Made by a program: the position numbers and the translations under genes
The notes under the pieces: model-generated
Databases searched by the model: none
Told to the model about the DNA's origin: nothing
Seen by the model: the letters and a program-made list of their open reading frames with translations, nothing else
Part shown: positions 1-12,200 of the stretch, piece by piece
Numbering within the stretch: position 1 is the first letter of the stretch
Layout of the letters: every line of letters starts with the position of its first letter
Source of the DNA: Squalus acanthias
Lineage: Eukaryota
Direction: 5' to 3'
Assembly: GCA_030390025.1 (NCBI GenBank)
Contig: CM059429.1
Span: 139,066,001 to 139,130,000, forward strand
DNA: 64,000 nucleotides

Positions 1-70
1 GGTCAGTCAGCATCCGCGGAGAGAGCAGACAAGTTAATATTTCGGGTGTGGACCCTTCTTCAGAACTGGA
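1..70 (-). mobile_element. Penelope-like element terminal fragment with a minimal hammerhead ribozyme core (32-67)
   Basis: Minus strand reads agtt-CTGAAGA-a-gggt(ccac)accc-GAAA-tatt-aact. Flank 'cagcatccgcggagagag' resembles the fold-back elements at 8171 and 27104. Cut by the window edge. Confidence 0.6.
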
Positions 71-132
71 ATACAAGAGGCAGACCGGCAGATTAATACT
101 AGAAGAAAAAGGGGGAAGGGGGGGAAATACAA

Positions 133-674
133 GGGGCTGAATTTTCAGTTGGGGGCTCATTGGGCGGGTTGTGGTGGAGTGGTCACACTACCCGGCCGAA
201 AGGACCAGCGAGATCCCAAACAAATTACGTGGTCGAGCCTCATTGGAATACTTTTGGCAAGCTGCCAGCTCTTACTGAGCATTGACAGCAGCTCAGCAAT
301 TGTGGGGGAGGAGGGTGGGGGGTGTCACTGAGTGACTGGCAGCAGGCGGGAGGGTTTTTGTTCATGCTTTTCTTGACCCCACAAAAATCAGTGCCACAGC
401 AATTTTTGCTCTGTTTTTAAGCGGCCTGCTTCAGTCCCTTTAGGGGACCACTGGTTCAGCCACTCAATGCACTTGCTCAGTGGAACAGCAAAATTGCAGA
501 GGGATCCTACAGACGGTGCAGGACCCAATATGCATATTCTAGTCAGCTCCCACCTGTTTCAGATTGGCACACTGCTCGCCTGCTCCAAAATTGTGGCGGG
601 AATGGGGCAGTAAGTAGTGCATCGGGTCTCGGCCGGCTACCATCCTATTCCCACTCATAAATGGCTGAAACTGG
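133..674. mobile_element. Degenerate non-autonomous DNA transposon (Harbinger-type MITE)
   Basis: Starts GGGGCTGAATTTT, like the other MITE ends in the window; GC-rich subterminal motifs; right end poorly preserved. Confidence 0.35.
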
Positions 675-1717
675 TATTTAAAGCAAAGTAGCCACTTGAA
701 GGTAAATGGCCGCATTTGGGAGTGAAACAAAAAAAAATGAATACCAAAAAAAAAAAAAAATTTGGTGCAAGTGTCTGTTGATCAGTCATGTAGCAACCAA
801 GATTAACGCTGTATGCATTACTTGTAGGGCCTGGAACAGGATAGCACAGCTTAAGAAACCTACCAAGGTACAGCTAGACAACTGTACTATATACCAGGAT
901 AATGGCCCAAGTATGCCACAAAGTGATGGCTGTCAACCTGCTGCACCTTAGCTGCTGATCCATGCCACACCCTCACAGCTCTTCCACTGCCTATCATGCA
1001 TGCCCAGACTCCAGCTGGTCACCCACTGAAGCCACAACTTACAACTGAAACCCTTTGCAGTTACACGTTCGGGCTTCACATGACAAACCATTGCAACACA
1101 AGACAGCTGCATCCCTGAAAAAGAGCTTCCTGTTTCACCAAACTAGGTAAGATGTTACGAGGTACTTCTTTTCAGAGAATTGTGGACCTCAGCTGCAATT
1201 CTGCCTCAAAGGTCAGAATTTCTGGGACAGCTGTGTTTGCCCTTATTATCTTATTTGCATACATGGACCGCTGGGAGGAATAGCACATTCAATGCCAGCT
1301 CCTGCTGCCACTGGAATTTAACTTGTATTTTAGAGCAGGTGAAACTTTTGCATATCTGGTTTACCATGCAAATTCTAACCTACTTCAGAACAACCCCACT
1401 TTTTCCCCTCCAAAAAGCTGCAATCGCCCGAAGCATCGGTGTGAAATGATTTTATTTTTGCACCACGCTAAGAGTCTGTGGCGAAAATTCTTAATCAAAG
1501 CCCAACCTGACCATAGAGCAAAGCAGAGTGATACTGTCTTCTCCAGGGAGTCTCATGCCACTTCACTTCAGAGTTGGGCTGGGCCTTGAATCTGGATTAC
1601 ACTAACATTTCTTAGCATTGGTGAGAAGCACTGCAGTTGCAGTATAAATGCAGTTTTAGAATATTATCCAACCATTCCTGAAAATATATCACAGAGCAAA
1701 CAGAAAAAATAGGCATG

Positions 1718-1755
<38 letters not shown>
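1718..1755. repeat. (TC)n(CA)n microsatellite
   Basis: Directly visible. Confidence 0.95.
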
Positions 1756-1758
<3 letters not shown>

Positions 1759-2449
1759 AACAGTTTTGCACTATGATTAGGCTTTTCACTACTAATCCCA
1801 AAAAATTGGAATAAAAATCTCCTCTTTCATTGGTTCCTAAGTGAATTTGTACCAATGTCTTTGGGAACTTAATTTTGCTTCAAAATATTGGCAACAATGG
1901 AGCAAATGGGCTTCAGTAGCTAGAACACAGCAAGCATCCAATAAACCGGTTTTAAATAATAGCTTAATTTTCCTGGAATATGTTCAGTATGAACTAAGAC
2001 TAACAGCTCCTAAAGTGTGAGTCAATCCACTAACCTGCATCTGTTGCCAAAACTGTACAACACATATTTTAACATTCACATGCTTAAGAAAGTAAAATAT
2101 GATTCCAATTATGGTATCTATCACAGTATATTTAGTTGCAACAAAATGTACGTTTTCAATATGAAATAAAATGCTTTCTATAAGGCAAATTCAGAACACA
2201 TAACACAAAATGACTTTGATCACAAGTTCTTACTTAAACCCAATAGAAAATAACAATTATCTAATAACGGCAAACAATTTCACATTCCATTCTTTCATAC
2301 CATGTTACATCAGTTACCGATATTCCTGAAATGAGCATAGAAGGCTGTTTGGATGATCAGCTCAAACCCTACTGAACAGAATTAACCCATTGAAACTGGG
2401 ACCAAGCCTTAGAAATATTGGTGTGTTTAAAAAAAATTCAACAGTTTAC

Positions 2450-2620
2450 TCACTCAATGGCCTGCTGGTAAAGACACTGCTTAGTATAGCATTATACCAC
2501 GAAGACCAGAAAGTCCAAGGTTCAGCTCTTAGTTTATACTGAATTAGTTGATCTCATCTGGGCCCACAGTTGGAGTGCTAAAATTGGTTTCAGCATTCTT
2601 GGGCTAAGAAGGAGACCTTG
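2450..2620 (+). mobile_element. Ancient degenerate tRNA-derived SINE fragment
   Basis: B-box-like 'aaggttcagctc' followed by a body 'ctgaattagttgatctc...aattggtttcagc'; heavily diverged. Confidence 0.3.
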
Positions 2621-2687
2621 GGCCACCAGCTAACGATTTCCTGATAAGTCACCCACTGCATGCCAGACCCTTCTGTTGACACTGAAA

Positions 2688-2920
2688 GGACAATTTTAAC
2701 TCTACTTACCAAGCAGGCGGGTGGGCAGTTAAAATCAGCTGGGTGACTTACCTACTGATGTCCTGCCTGGATCCCCATCTTTAATTTTAACCTGCTCTTC
2801 TGAGCAGGCAACAAGAACACCTGTCTGAAGCTGGCAGGGTCCTTCTTTAATTATGCAGATCAGGGTAGGATGATGTCATCGGGCCTTGATTACAATTTTA
2901 ATTTTGGACTGAGCAAGGAA
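2688..2920. mobile_element. MITE fragment related (inverted) to 53330-53545
   Basis: 'ttttaacctgctcttctgagcaggc...gctggcagggtccttctttaa' matches the reverse complement of 'tttaaagaaggaccctgccggc...gcctggtcagaagagcaggttaaaa' near 53395-53460. Confidence 0.5.
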
Positions 2921-3135
2921 GATTTTATTTAAAGTTTGGATAACTGCACTATACCTTTCACATGCTCTTGTGACATATTTAAAATGTCTGCCAATAAAGA
3001 ATTAGTGAGAATTTATGCTCATGTGCCACTCACATCTGTAAACACTCATACATACAAACAATAAAATAAATGGACCATAAAATAAAACATCTAGTCCATC
3101 AAGACTACCATATCCAGACATGGTGCAGCCACATA

Positions 3136-4025
3136 TTTATTTTTATTCGCTTATGGCATCTGGGCGTCGCTGGCAAGGCCAGCATTTATTGCCCATCCCT
3201 AATTGCCCTTGAGAAGGTGGTGGTGAGCCGCCTTCTTGAACTGCTGCAGTCCGTGTGGTGAAGGTACTCCCACAGTGCTGTTAGGTAGGGAGTTCCAGGA
3301 TTTTGACCCATCGACGATGAAGGATCGGCGATATACTTCCAAGTCAGGATGGTGTGTGACTTGGAGGGGAACTTGGAGGTGGTGGTGTTCCCATGCGCCT
3401 GCTGCCCTTGTCCTTCTAAATGGAAGAGGTCGCGGGTTTGGGAGGTGCTGCCGAAGAAGCCTTGGCGAGTTGCTGCAGTGCATCTTGTAGATGGTACACA
3501 CTGCAGCCACGGTACGCCGGTGCTGGAGGGAGTGAATGTTTATGGTGGTGGATGGGGTGCCAATCAAGCGGGCTGCTTTGTCCTGGATGGTGTCGAGCTT
3601 CTTGAGTGTTGTTGGAGCTGCACTCATCCAGGCAAATGGAGAGTATTCCATCATACTCCTGACTTGTGCCTTGTAGATGGTGGAAAGGCTTTGGGGAGTC
3701 AGGAGGTGAGACACTCGCCGCAGAATACCCAGCCTCTGACCTGCTCTTGTTGCCACAGTACTTATGTGGCTGGTCCAGTTAAGTTTCTGGTCAATGGTGA
3801 CCCCCCAGGATGTTGATAGTGGGGGATTCGGCGATGGTAATGCCATTGAATGTCAAGGGGAGGTGGTTAGACTCTCGCTTGTTGGAGATAGTCATTGCCT
3901 GGCACTTCTATGGCGCGAATGTTACCTGCCACTGATCAGCCCAAGCCTGAACGTCATCCAGGTCTTGTTACATGCGGGCATGGACTGCTTCATTATCTGA
4001 GGAGTTGTGAATGGCGCTGAACACC
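3136..4025 (-). mobile_element. CR1-clade LINE, 5'-truncated 3' end (RT C-terminus); same family as 9555-12300
   Basis: ORF 3199-3846: GVTIDQKLNWTSHI...LSTIYKAQVRSMMEYS; close DNA match to the 3' part of 9555-12300. Confidence 0.9.
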
Positions 4026-4034
4026 ATTAGACAC

Positions 4035-4998
4035 CCCTTGTACTGGGGCCTCAGCTTTTCACCATATATATTAATGACTTGGATGAAGGAATAGAGAGTT
4101 GTATAGATGATACTGTTAGGGGGTACAGTAAGTTGTGTGTCTGGGAAAAGAAAGTTAGAAAAGGACACAGACAGATTTAGTGAGTTGGCAAAACTATAGC
4201 AGATGGAGTTCAATGTGGGGATATATGAGGTCATCCACTTTGGATCTGAAAAAGACAAATCACAATATTTTTTTTAATGGTGAGAGACTAGGAGCTATGG
4301 AGGAGCAAAGGGATTTAGATGTCCATATATACAAATCACTAAAGGCTAATGCACAGGTACAAAAAGTAAGCAAAACGGCTAATGGAATGTTGGTCTTTAT
4401 CTCAAAGGGATTGGAATTCAAAGGTAAGGAAGTGGTGCTTCAGTTGTACAGAACTTTGGTCAGACCCCACCTAGAGTATTGTGTTCAGTTTTGGCACCGC
4501 AACTCAGGAAAGATATATTGGCCCTGGAAGGGCTACAATGTGGATTCATCAGAATGATACCAGGGCTTAAAGGGTTAAATGGTGAGGAAAGGTTGCATAA
4601 ACTTGGCTTGCATTCCCTTGAGTTTAGTAGGTGGAGGAGTGATCTAATTGAGGTTTATAAAATGTTTAAGGGATTCGAAAGATAGATACAGAGAAACTAT
4701 GTCCTCTGGTGGGGAATCCAGAACAAAAGGGCATTAACTTAAAATTAGAACTAAGCCATTTAGGAGCAAAATCAGGAAGCACTTTTTCACACAAAGGAAC
4801 TCTCACCCCCAAAAAGCTATGGATGCTGGGTCAATTGAAATTTTCAAGACTGAGATCGATAGATTTTTGTTAGGTAAGGGTATCAAGGGATATGGATCAA
4901 AAATGGGATTGAGGCACCGATCAGCCATGATATAATTGAATGGCAGAACAGGCTTGAGGGGACGAATGGCCTAATCCTATTGCTATGTTGTTATGTTC
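4035..4998 (+). mobile_element. Degenerate CR1 (HER1-like) LINE 3' fragment
   Basis: LYRTLVRPHLEYCVQFW motif; 3' UTR 'atcagccatgat...gaatggc...aatggcct' with a (tatgt)-type tail. Confidence 0.9.
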
Positions 4999-5159
4999 CC
5001 TTCCCTTTCCCAGTTATGGAATTTCCTGGGAGAGGCAAAATAACAAACAGAAAAAAAACTGTTGCCAAATTAAGTAAAACTCGAGGGAATTCCTCTCTGA
5101 CCCCCTATGCCAATTAGGACACTACAGTCCCATTATTCGCAGCTACCCTTCAACTTACC

Positions 5160-5700
5160 CTTTATAGCTTAAAATATCTTTCTTGTTCAGCTCCTTTTTA
5201 AAGGGCTGCAGCGAATCCATACTCACTGCACGTTTCGATAATCTGTTCCAGAGGGCAATGGCTCTCTGTAAAAAGAAATACTTGCTAGCATCTATTGAAA
5301 CTCTTTACTTACATATTTTATACTCATGCCCTCTAATTCTTCCATCCCTATCCATCTCAAATAACATATCCAACTTGAGAAAATCTAATCCCTTCATTAT
5401 TTTACAAACCTCAATCATATCTCCTCTAAACCTATCTTTCTCTGATCAGAATAGCCCTGGATCCTGAAGCCTATCCTAATTACTAAGAGCCATAAGGCTT
5501 AGTATCATTTTGGTTGTCTTGTGGGGGGCCAAAGCTTGGCACAATACTCCAAGTGCAGCTATACCAAGGCCTTGTTTGGCTTGAGTGCAGTATTCTTAGT
5601 TTTACATTATACCATCCTAGCAATACAAGCTAAAGCTTGACTTACTTTCCCAATGGCCTTGTTACACCATCGGTGATTTATCATCTCTGATGCTCGGGTC
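5160..5700 (-). mobile_element. Old, highly degenerate LINE RT 3' fragment
   Basis: Remnants such as 'cacaatactccaagtg' (HLEYC on minus) and 'acaaacctcaatcatatctcctctaaacc' (RFRGDMIEV on minus). Confidence 0.55.
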
Positions 5701-7202
5701 CCTCTCTGCTGCAAAACCTGATACACAATCATCTTGTAGAATATTTTCAAGGCGGGAACTGTAAAAGCTGGAAGTACACCCTGGGCAGAGTTTTCCATTG
5801 GAGTTATTCCATTTCTCCATTGTAAGTCCAGCAGTCCGCAGCAGGAAATAGTTTTGCTGTTCCCACTGTCCTCCACCACCTCACAGCGTTTTCATCTCCT
5901 TTCCCACCGAATTGCAACAGCAGCGTGACATGGCCGCCCAATTTTGTTGCACTGCTGCATTTCAAAAAGTTCAGGGGGAGGTCACTGATGGTATCCATAT
6001 GGCCATCTGGCAGCCCATCGCGCATATCAGTAATAGAATACGCATCATACAGCTATGGTGTGTGAGCAGGACTTGCTGCCTGAAGCACCATTAAGATTGC
6101 ACAGTTCCAGATGTAGCGTGCATCTGTACCATGCCAGATGGTCATGCGTGCTATGCATTCCAAGGATCAAAGGACTGTAGTGACAACTTTGGAAAGGTGA
6201 GCAGTGCCAGCGTAACAGCTTCTGAGGAAACAGTTTGTAGCAAGCATACTTGCTGTGGAATCTATTGGGTAGCGTTACCTTGGCACCTTGCCTCAGGTCT
6301 GACATCTTCTGCCACATTTGCAGCCAAGTTCTCTGGAGTTTGCAGAGAGCAATTGCTCTGTCAGCTGTGTCCTACCAGCTACATCAGATGACATTTATTT
6401 GGGGAGGTGCCAACATAGACAACCCTTACTGTATGATTCAGTTCCTCAAGAGTGTCATTCCCAGATATGCCTGTGCATTTTCAGGAACTGTCCATTGGTC
6501 AGAAATAGTGTAAATCTTTATATCTGTTCCCTTCAGCTCATATAAAAATTTAAGGTTCAATCAGAGAATTAATTGATTTGAATTTCAATTTTCTTTTCAT
6601 TTCTTTAATCAATATATTTACTTATAGGTCCTGAGGGAAACTATTAAGAATTTTTCTGCAGCTTAAGCACCACTGCCTTTGCCTTTTTCTATCACAATTT
6701 TATACATTTGAGAGCTAAGCAGAGTCTGCTTTTAAAAGCAAAATGCAAACAAGTATTGCAAAGTAATTGAAAGGTGATGAACATTTAGCATTATTACAAT
6801 GCAAAATACCTAGTTCAGTGTGTTCATAACCTTTTGATTTGTCACTCTTTAATGCACTCCTTTTTCTTGTTTGCACACTCTTAGTGCAACTATTTATGGT
6901 TTACTATTTTATTTGTTTTTCATAGCTATAGTTTTATCTGTCATTGCAGTATGAGAGAAAATGCATTGTATGCTTCACTGTTCCAGCTCTTTAGATCACT
7001 GCAGCATTACTCTAACATTCCACCTTTGGGCATGCAAGCTCCCAGGGGCAATCTGGCTGTGCTGGTGCGAGCTCATCAGGGACCTAATTGCAAAATCTGG
7101 CGGAAATGACTGCGTGCAATACATAAGAGGATGTCCCACTGTGTACCATTCCTGCCTGGTTGGCATCTGTTCCAGAATTTCTAAGCTGTCTTTGAAGATT
7201 GT

Positions 7203-7552
7203 GAGAAGTCGCACAACACCAGGTTATAGTCCAACAGCTTTATTTGAAATCACAAGCTTTCGGAGCGCTGCTCCTTCGTCAGATGAAGTGAAGAAATACA
7301 TATGGGCACAGCATAAATAGTCAGAGAACAATGCCAGATGACTACAGTTAATCTTTCTAACTGTAGTCGTCTGGCATTGTTCTCTGACTATTTATGCTGT
7401 GCCCATATGTATTTCTTCACTTCACCTGACGAAGGAGCAGCGCTCCGAAAGCTTGTGATTTCAAATAAAGCTGTTGGACTATAACCTGGTGTTGTGCGAC
7501 TTCTCACTTTTGTCCACCCCAGTCCAACACTGGCATCTCCGCATCATGGCTA
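7203..7552. mobile_element. Penelope-derived fold-back element: ~150 bp inverted repeat, hammerhead core in each arm, 13-bp TSD
   Basis: Arms 7201-7350 and 7358-7507 with loop atctttc; CTGACGA-a-ggagc(agc)gctcc-GAAA at 7426-7450; ctttgaagattgt duplicated at 7190-7202 and 7553-7565. Confidence 0.85.
7422..7458 (+). ncRNA. Minimal type I hammerhead ribozyme motif
   Basis: tcac-CUGACGA-a-stem II ggagc/gcucc-GAAA-gcuu-guga; stem I ucac/guga; palindromic AAGCUU at stem III. Confidence 0.65.
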
Positions 7553-8170
7553 CTTTGAAGATTGTAACTGGGATGCGCTTCTGCGCAGAGTTCCGTCTCA
7601 TAGCTGTGATGTAGAAACAAATGGTTGAAGCACGTGTAATGCAGAAAAGAGAAAACCAGCCACACTTATTACCAGCCAAGCAGACTTTCAACACCCAAGG
7701 TCAAAGCAGTCCTTTGACACTATGCAGGTTTATTTGAAGAAAGCCCAGTTTCTTTCTCAAAAGGTAGCCAATTAGAATATTCATTATTTACATCACTCAG
7801 CTGGATGAAATGTAAACAGAAACCCTTCACTGTCTGGAGGGATGTTTACTAAGCCAAACCTGAAAACAAAATCGGTTAACTCGATTGGAATTTTCATCTG
7901 GCACCATACTCCTTAATGGCTTTGGCACTCGCAGAAAGTGAGTTTTGCCTACATTCGAAATGACAAACTTGCATGCATTATTATCATTGCAACAGCCTGA
8001 GATTTACCGAAACAAATTGATCGCCTCAGGAGCTGATTGCAAGCATTCTCATTTACAACGGAGGGTTGTGTCTCCTTGGAACTAATAGCTACCTCCAGAT
8101 AGTATTTGTGTATTTGTCTCCCTTCTCCAAAACAAAGACAAAAAAAATCAAAAGGCAGATAATTCATGAT

Positions 8171-8337
8171 GTAAAAACAGACAATGCTGGAAATACTCAG
8201 CAGGTCAGGCAGCATCTGTGGAGAGAGAAACAGAGTTAACTCCACAGATGCTGCCTGACCTCCTGAGTATTTCCAGCATTTTCTGTTTTTATTTCAGATT
8301 TCCAGCATCCACAGTATTTTGTTTTTGTATTAGTGTT
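8171..8337. mobile_element. Penelope-derived short fold-back element with 11-bp TSD
   Basis: 'atgctggaaatactcagcaggtcaggcagcatctgtgga' and its inverted copy; taattcatgat at 8160-8170 and 8338-8348. Confidence 0.8.
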
Positions 8338-9293
8338 TAATTCATGATATATTGGCCTACCTAAAATTTCATGCCAGAAATATATATAGAAATGTTCTAA
8401 TATGAAGCAGGATTGAGTTGTGCTTCCATCACAGCACCGTCTGTTCCTATGCCAGAGTTTTCAGCTGCCCTTCACAATTCTCTTCCTGAACCTCTGGTTC
8501 ATTGCCTCTCTTCCCACCATCAAAAGTCGCTGAAAACCTGCCTTTTTGATCATTCCTTTGGCTACCTCCCTTAACTTCTCCCCTACTTCTTGCTCAGTGT
8601 CCATCACTCCTGTGAAGTTTTGGTAATATTCCTGTTGATTTGCTCTTTATCAAGCTATTAACTTCTCTCTCAAAATTGTGACTGTTATCCAAGCTGCAGA
8701 AACAAACATATCCCATATGACTGAAGTGCAATTCTTGTGAGGTTGAAACCTCACATGCTGACCTTATTATACATGTGGTCTCTACTTCCCTATATTGCTT
8801 TGGCAGTAACCAATCTTTCCTACCCGGACAACATTCAATCTCCGTTTTCAGAAATCGCAAAATAAATATTATCGCAACCCGCACTGAGATCATTATTGGT
8901 TGGATGAGGCCTGCTCTTGCTTGGCCACATTTAGGTGGATTTAGTACTTCGTTCATTCTTAATTAACATTTTGCTATTTTATTTTGTATAGTAGAAGAAT
9001 CAGACATTGAATACTGAGTGTAAGGCTGCGATTTTCTCCGTGGAGGCGGGTTGGCGTCGAGAAGGGTGCTCAGCGGGTTCCGGTCCCCCTGCCGGTCCCA
9101 GCCGGGCTCCTGACACAGTTTTTGGTTAATTGGGTTCGTTAAGCCCGCCATGTGGATTACCGGCCCTCATCACAAGGTGCGGGTCTGTTCAGCTGCTCTG
9201 CTGACGCGTTTGCAGCCGGAGTATTTAAGGGGGACATCTCACATTTACATCTGAAGTCGTTTCTGCTGCTCCTGACTGCTGCTGGTGCCCACT

Positions 9294-12200
9294 ATGTCTG
9301 CAGAGAGACAGCAGGCAGCTCCCCGCTTCAATGAGCAATCCCTCCATGTTCTTGTGGAGGGAGTCAGAGGTCGTCGGGAGGTCCTATACCCGGGAGATGG
9401 AAGAAGGTAACCTCCTCAGCAGACGAAGGCTGCAAATAGCTGAGGAGGTCAGTGCCAGGTCCATGGTAAGGCGCACCTGGGTCCAATGCAGAAAAAGGTT
9501 CAATGATCTCCTGCACACAGGAAAAGTGAGTATAAAAGCACACTGACCTTAATTCTTTTTTTTTGTTTGTGGGATGTGGGCGTCACTGGCAAGGCCAGCA
9601 TTTATTGCCCATCCCTAATTGCCCTTGAGAAGGTGGTGGTGAGCTGCCTTCTTGAACCGCTGCAGTCTGTGTGGTGAAGGTACACCCACAGTGCTGTTAG
9701 GAGGGAGTTCCAGGATTTTGACCCAGCGACAATGAAGGATCGGCGATATACTTCTAAGTCAGGATGGTGTGTGACCTGGAGGGGAACTTGGAGGTGGTGG
9801 CGTTCCCATGCGCCCTGCTGCCCTTGTCCTTCTAGGTGGAAGAGGTCGCAGGTTTGGGAGGTGCTGCCGAAGAAGCCTTGGTGAGTTGCTGCAGTGCATC
9901 TTGTAGATGGTACACACTGCAGCCACGGTACGCCGGTGGTGGAGGGATTGAATGTTTAAGGTGGTGGATGGAGTGCCAATCAAGCAGGCTGCTTTGTCCT
10001 GGATGGTGTCGAGCTTCTTGAGTGTTGTTGGAGCTGCACTCATCCAGGCAAGTGGAGAGTATTCCATCACACTCCTTACTTGTACCTTGTAGATGGTGGA
10101 AAGGCTTTGGGGAGTCAGGAGGTGAGACACTCGCCGCAGAATACCTAGCCTCTGACCTGCTCTTGTTGCCACAGTATTTATGTGGCTGGTCCAGTTAAGT
10201 TTCTGGTCAATGGTGACGCTCAGGATGTTGATGGTGGGGGATTCGGTGATGGTAATGCCGTTGAATGTCAAGGGGCGGTGGTTAGACTCTCGCTTGTTGG
10301 AGATAGTCATTGCTTGGCACTTCTGTGGCGCGAATGTTATCTGCCACTGATCAGCCCAAGCCTGACGTCGTCCAGGTCTTGTTGCATGCGGGCATGGACT
10401 GCTTCATTATCTGAGGAGTTGTGAATGACACTGAACACTGTGCAGTCATCAGCGAACATCCCCATTTCTGACCTTATGTTGGAGGGAAGGTCATTGATGA
10501 AGCAGCTGAAGATGTTTGGGCCTAGGACACTGCCCTGAGGAACTCCTGCAGCGATGTCTGGGGCTGTGATGATTGACCTTCAACCACCAAAACCATCTTC
10601 CTTTGTGCTAGGTATGACTCCAGCCAGTGGAGCGTTTTCCCCCCCACCTGATTCCCATTGACTTCAGTTTTACTCGGGCTCCTTGATGCCACACTCGGTC
10701 AAATGCTGCCTTGATGTCAAGGGCAGTCACTCTCACCTCACCTCTGGAATTCAGCTCCTTTGTCCATGTTTGGACCAAGGCTGTAATGAGGTCGGAACCG
10801 AGTGGTCTTGACGGAACCCAAACCGGGCATCAGTGAGCAGTGCTGTGAGTAAGTGCTGCTTGTTAGCACTGTTGATGACACCTTCCATCATTTTGCTGAT
10901 GATTGAGAGTAGATTGATGGGGCGGTAATTGGTCGGGTAGGATTTGTTCTACTTTTTGTGGACAGGACATACCTGGGCAGTTTTCCACATTGTTGGATAG
11001 ATGCCAGTGTTGTAGCTGTACTGGAACAGCTTGGCTAGAGGCGCGGCTAGTTCTGGAGCACAAGTCTTCAGCACGATAGCCGGGATGTTGTCGGATCCCA
11101 TAGCCTTTGCTGTATCCAGTGCGCTCAGCTGTTTCTTGATATCACGTGGAGTGAATTGAATTGGCTGAAGACTGGCTATTGTGATGGTGGGGACCTCAGG
11201 AGTAGGATGATATGGATCATCAACTCGGCACTTCTGGCTGAAGATGGTTGCAAATGCTTCAGCCTTGTCTTTTGCACTCACGTACTGGGCTCCACCATCA
11301 TTGAGGATGGGAATATTCATGGAGCCTCCTCCTCCCGTTAGTTGTTTAATGGTTCACCACCATTCACGACTGGATGTGGCAGGACTGCAGAGCTTTGATC
11401 TGATCCGTTGATTGTGGGATCACATAGCCCTGTCTATAGCATGCTGTTTCTGCTTTTTAGCATGCATGTAGTCCTGTGTTGCAGCTTCCCCAGGTTGGCA
11501 CCTCATTTTTAGGTACGCCTGGTGCTGCTCCTGGCATGCTCTTCTACACTCCTTATTGAACCAGGGTTGGTCTCCTGGCTTGATGGTAATGGAAGAGTGA
11601 GGGATATGCCAGGCCATGAGGTTACAGATTGTGGTGGAATACAATTCTGCTGCTGCTGATGGCCCACAGTGCCTCATGGATGCCCAGTTTTGAGCTGCTA
11701 GATCTGTTCTGAATCTATCCCATTTAGCAAGGTGGTAGTGCCACACAACACGATGGAGGGTATTCTCAGTGTAAAGACGGGCCTTCATCTCCACAAGGAC
11801 TGTGTGGTGGTCACTGCTACCAATACTGTCATGGACAGATGCATCTGCGACAGGTAGATTGGTAAGGACGAGGTCAAGTAGGTTTTTCTCTCATGTTGGT
11901 TCTCTCACCATCTGTCGCAGGCCCAGACTGGCAGTTATGTCCTTCAGGACTCGGCCAGCCTGGTCAGTAATGCTGCTACCGAGCCACTCTTGGTGATGGA
12001 CATTGAAGTTCCCCCACCCAGAGTACAATCTGTGTCCTTGCTACTCTCCGTGTTTCTTCCAAGTGGTGTTCAACATGGAGGAGTACTGATTCATCAGCTG
12101 AGGGAGAGTGGTAGGTGGTAATCAGCAGGAGGTTTCCTTGCCCATACTTGACCTGAAGCCATGAGACTTAATTGGGTCCGGAGTCACTGTTGAGGACTCC

